A stretch of DNA of 64,000 nucleotides. It comes from an uncultured Methanoregulaceae archaeon (GTDB lineage: Archaea; Halobacteriota; Methanomicrobia; Methanomicrobiales; Methanospirillaceae). The notes beneath the pieces were generated by a model. It was given only the letters and a program-made list of their open reading frames with translations. It had not been told where the DNA came from and ran no database searches. The position numbers and the translations under genes were made by a program. Below, in pieces: positions 62,037 through 64,000 of this stretch. The stretch spans positions 1,280,001 to 1,344,000 of the forward strand of contig OY970343.1 of NCBI GenBank assembly GCA_963717525.1. The letters are read 5' to 3'. Position 1 is the stretch's first letter. Each line of letters starts with the position of its first letter.

Positions 62037-63597
62037 TTATTTTCTCCGTAAAGTAACCAATGCGATAAAAAGGACCAGAGGCGGGATAAGGATGACAGAT
62101 GTTTCACTCGGCGTCAGGGATGTTATGGATATGACGCTGGACGTTGTGGGAGCGACGGTCACTTTCTGTGGCGCAACGGAGACCAGCGCGAACATGGAAA
62201 GTCCCCCGGGCGATTCACCGGTAAAGACCATATTGAAAGAGTTATCCAGACCGGAAAATTTTGTATCGAGCAGCTGCAGATGTCCCGTCATCTGCCAGCC
62301 GGAAGATCTTCACACCGGAGATCCCTCCGTGGTTCAGGACCCATGACGGCGCAATGTCCATAGTAACAACCGATTGGCCAATATAGGCCTTATCTCCAAG
62401 GTCCGTCTTTTCCACCTGCGCGGTATAGGCGACAGCATCCAACCGGTATCCCTTGTCATTGACGGTACTTTCCATTAGGGTCATAGTATGGGTATCCGGT
62501 TGTTCGAAAAGAGAGAACCCGATTGCGGCATCACCAGGAGGCATATTGTTCATTTCGGAATGGAATGTTGCAGAAACCAGACCTTTTCCGGCAAACTGCG
62601 CGGTAACGGGATAACTTTGCATTGAAATTGATGTGATTCCTGCAGAAATTTGTCCGTTATTCACTACCGGGGCCGATTGCGTTGTAACGGTGATGACCAC
62701 CGGACCCTTCTCCAACGATATGGCATTATTTTGTTGTGAGATTTTCTCTCCTGAACGTTGGGCTTCCTGCACGTTGATGGTAATCTGATTGCTGTTACCA
62801 GCAGAACTGACTGTTGAACCCTGGACACCTACCGCAACAAAATAGGATCCCCCGTTTTGAGTTCCTGTCTGAGCCTGTCCCCGATTCCCGCCGGAGTAGC
62901 CTCCCTGGTTGTTACCTCCTTGGTTGTTGCCTCCCTGGTTGTTGCCTCCCTGGTTGTTGCCTCCCTGGTTGTTGCCTCCCTGGTTGTTGCCTCCCTGGTT
63001 GTTGCCTCCCTGGTTGTTACCGCCCTGATTGTTGCCTCCCTGATTGTTGCCTCCCTGATTGTTGCCTCCCTGATTGTTGCCTCCCTGATTGTTGCCTCCC
63101 TGATTGTTGCCTCCCTGATTGTTGCCTCCCTGATTGTTGCCTCCCTGATTGTTGCCTCCCTGATTGTTGCCTCCCTGATTGTTACCGCCTCCGTGGCCAC
63201 CACCTCCGGACCCACCACCTCCGGACCCACCACCTCCGGACCCACCACCTCCGGACCCACCACCTCCGGACCCGCCACCTCCGGACCCACCACCTCCGGA
63301 CCCACCACCTCCGGATCCACCGCCCCCGGATCCGCCGCCGCCATGGCCACCACCTCCGTGGCCACCGCCACCACGTGCCAATAAATCCGTGGTGGATGCA
63401 GAAGAATCAGGAACAGCCATCGGGAACTGGGATACCGCGTCTCCAAAACGGATATCCGGTGTTCCTGCTCTTACTGAACCCATCGGTGAGAACGATGACG
63501 TAAGCACTCCACCATGTGCCGTCATCTGCATGGCACTCAGAACAACAATGAACACCAGAATTTTTCTGATGTTTGTGTACAGATTGGATCCAGACAT
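62037..63597 (-). CDS. Secreted surface protein with Gly/Ser and Gly/Asn/Gln repeats, PGF-pre-PGF-like domain and C-terminal anchor; frameshifted at ~62277
   Basis: Signal-like N-terminus; SWV..HGG...VKIFRL.DDGT; shifted frame LLDTKF.G.D....F..ESP.GLS.FAL, TM + RRK tail. Confidence 0.8.
62899..63189 (-). repeat. 15-bp tandem repeat encoding about 19 x GGNNQ
   Basis: Units CCTCCCTGATTGTTG / CCTCCCTGGTTGTTG on + strand. Confidence 0.95.
63193..63372 (-). repeat. 15-bp tandem repeat encoding about 12 x GGGG(S/H)
   Basis: Units CCACCACCTCCGGAC on + strand. Confidence 0.95.
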
Positions 63598-64000
63598 TCG
63601 AATCCTTTCCAGATACTTGTTCTCTTAAATCAAATTTTTGATATTATTATGGACCTTTTACAACCTCATTTTAAAAAATACGCGGTTGAGGGTAGGTTCT
63701 GCTATTGTAGTATGGAATAATAAATTTTTCGCACAAGTATTATTGAAAGATCACCACCCTGACAAAATCGTGTGCGAGAAACCCACCGTTTTTCCCTTGA
63801 AAAGGAATGGATATGCTTTTCAGATCCGGGATAAAAATGAAAACCCGGTTGCTATCTTATTTTTTCCCCAAGCCGTAATATTTCCGCAGGAATTCGCGGA
63901 TCTTTTCAGATTCAATGTATCCCTGGTCGAGTTTGCGGACAATCTCATTTATCATTGTCGCCAGCCGGATGAACTTTTCTTTATGGACATCCTCCATCAG

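Noticed and set aside
62899..63372. Tandem repeats as a CRISPR or guide-RNA array
   Set aside because: Units are contiguous 15-mers without unique spacers, in frame within a CDS, and vary at synonymous positions; no cas genes in the window.
62814..63503. Cys-rich (CCLPD)n and (EATIR)n ORFs
   Set aside because: Alternative frames of the 15-bp repeat; only the Gly-rich frame connects to a signal peptide and a folded domain.

Overview
Archaeal chromosome segment. The gene content (TBP, tetraether lipid synthase, cupin-type archaeal GPI, archaeal Rib7-type reductase, many REC/PAS proteins) suggests a Methanomicrobiales, Methanoregula-like methanogen; this taxonomy is inference. The backbone carries chemotaxis/signalling genes, a GH57-GPI-Tes cluster, cooS-cooC, lipoprotein hydrolases, Kef, MscL, ferritin, CopA and transporters. 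Two accessory regions stand out. (1) An AT-rich defence-like island (~5.47-10.2 kb) holds a 1067-aa SIR2-STAND-TPR-OB protein bracketed by two same-length (80 bp) palindromic elements with IS6-like ends. A degenerate third half-site lies beyond a neighbouring HEPN-like gene, giving a cassette-array-like layout; this is the best candidate for an undescribed system. (2) A ~9 kb satellite/plasmid-like integrated element (~31.9-40.9 kb) has a tyrosine integrase, divergent regulators, an SF3/D5 helicase with a putative origin, a PIN toxin-antitoxin pair, a serine resolvase and odd cargo; no att site or tRNA was found. A secreted protein with (GGGGS/H)n and (GGNNQ)n repeats lies near the right end. 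About eleven genes carry single-base frameshifts, mostly in short homopolymers, which most likely reflects assembly indels. All calls come from reading motifs by eye; no searches were run.
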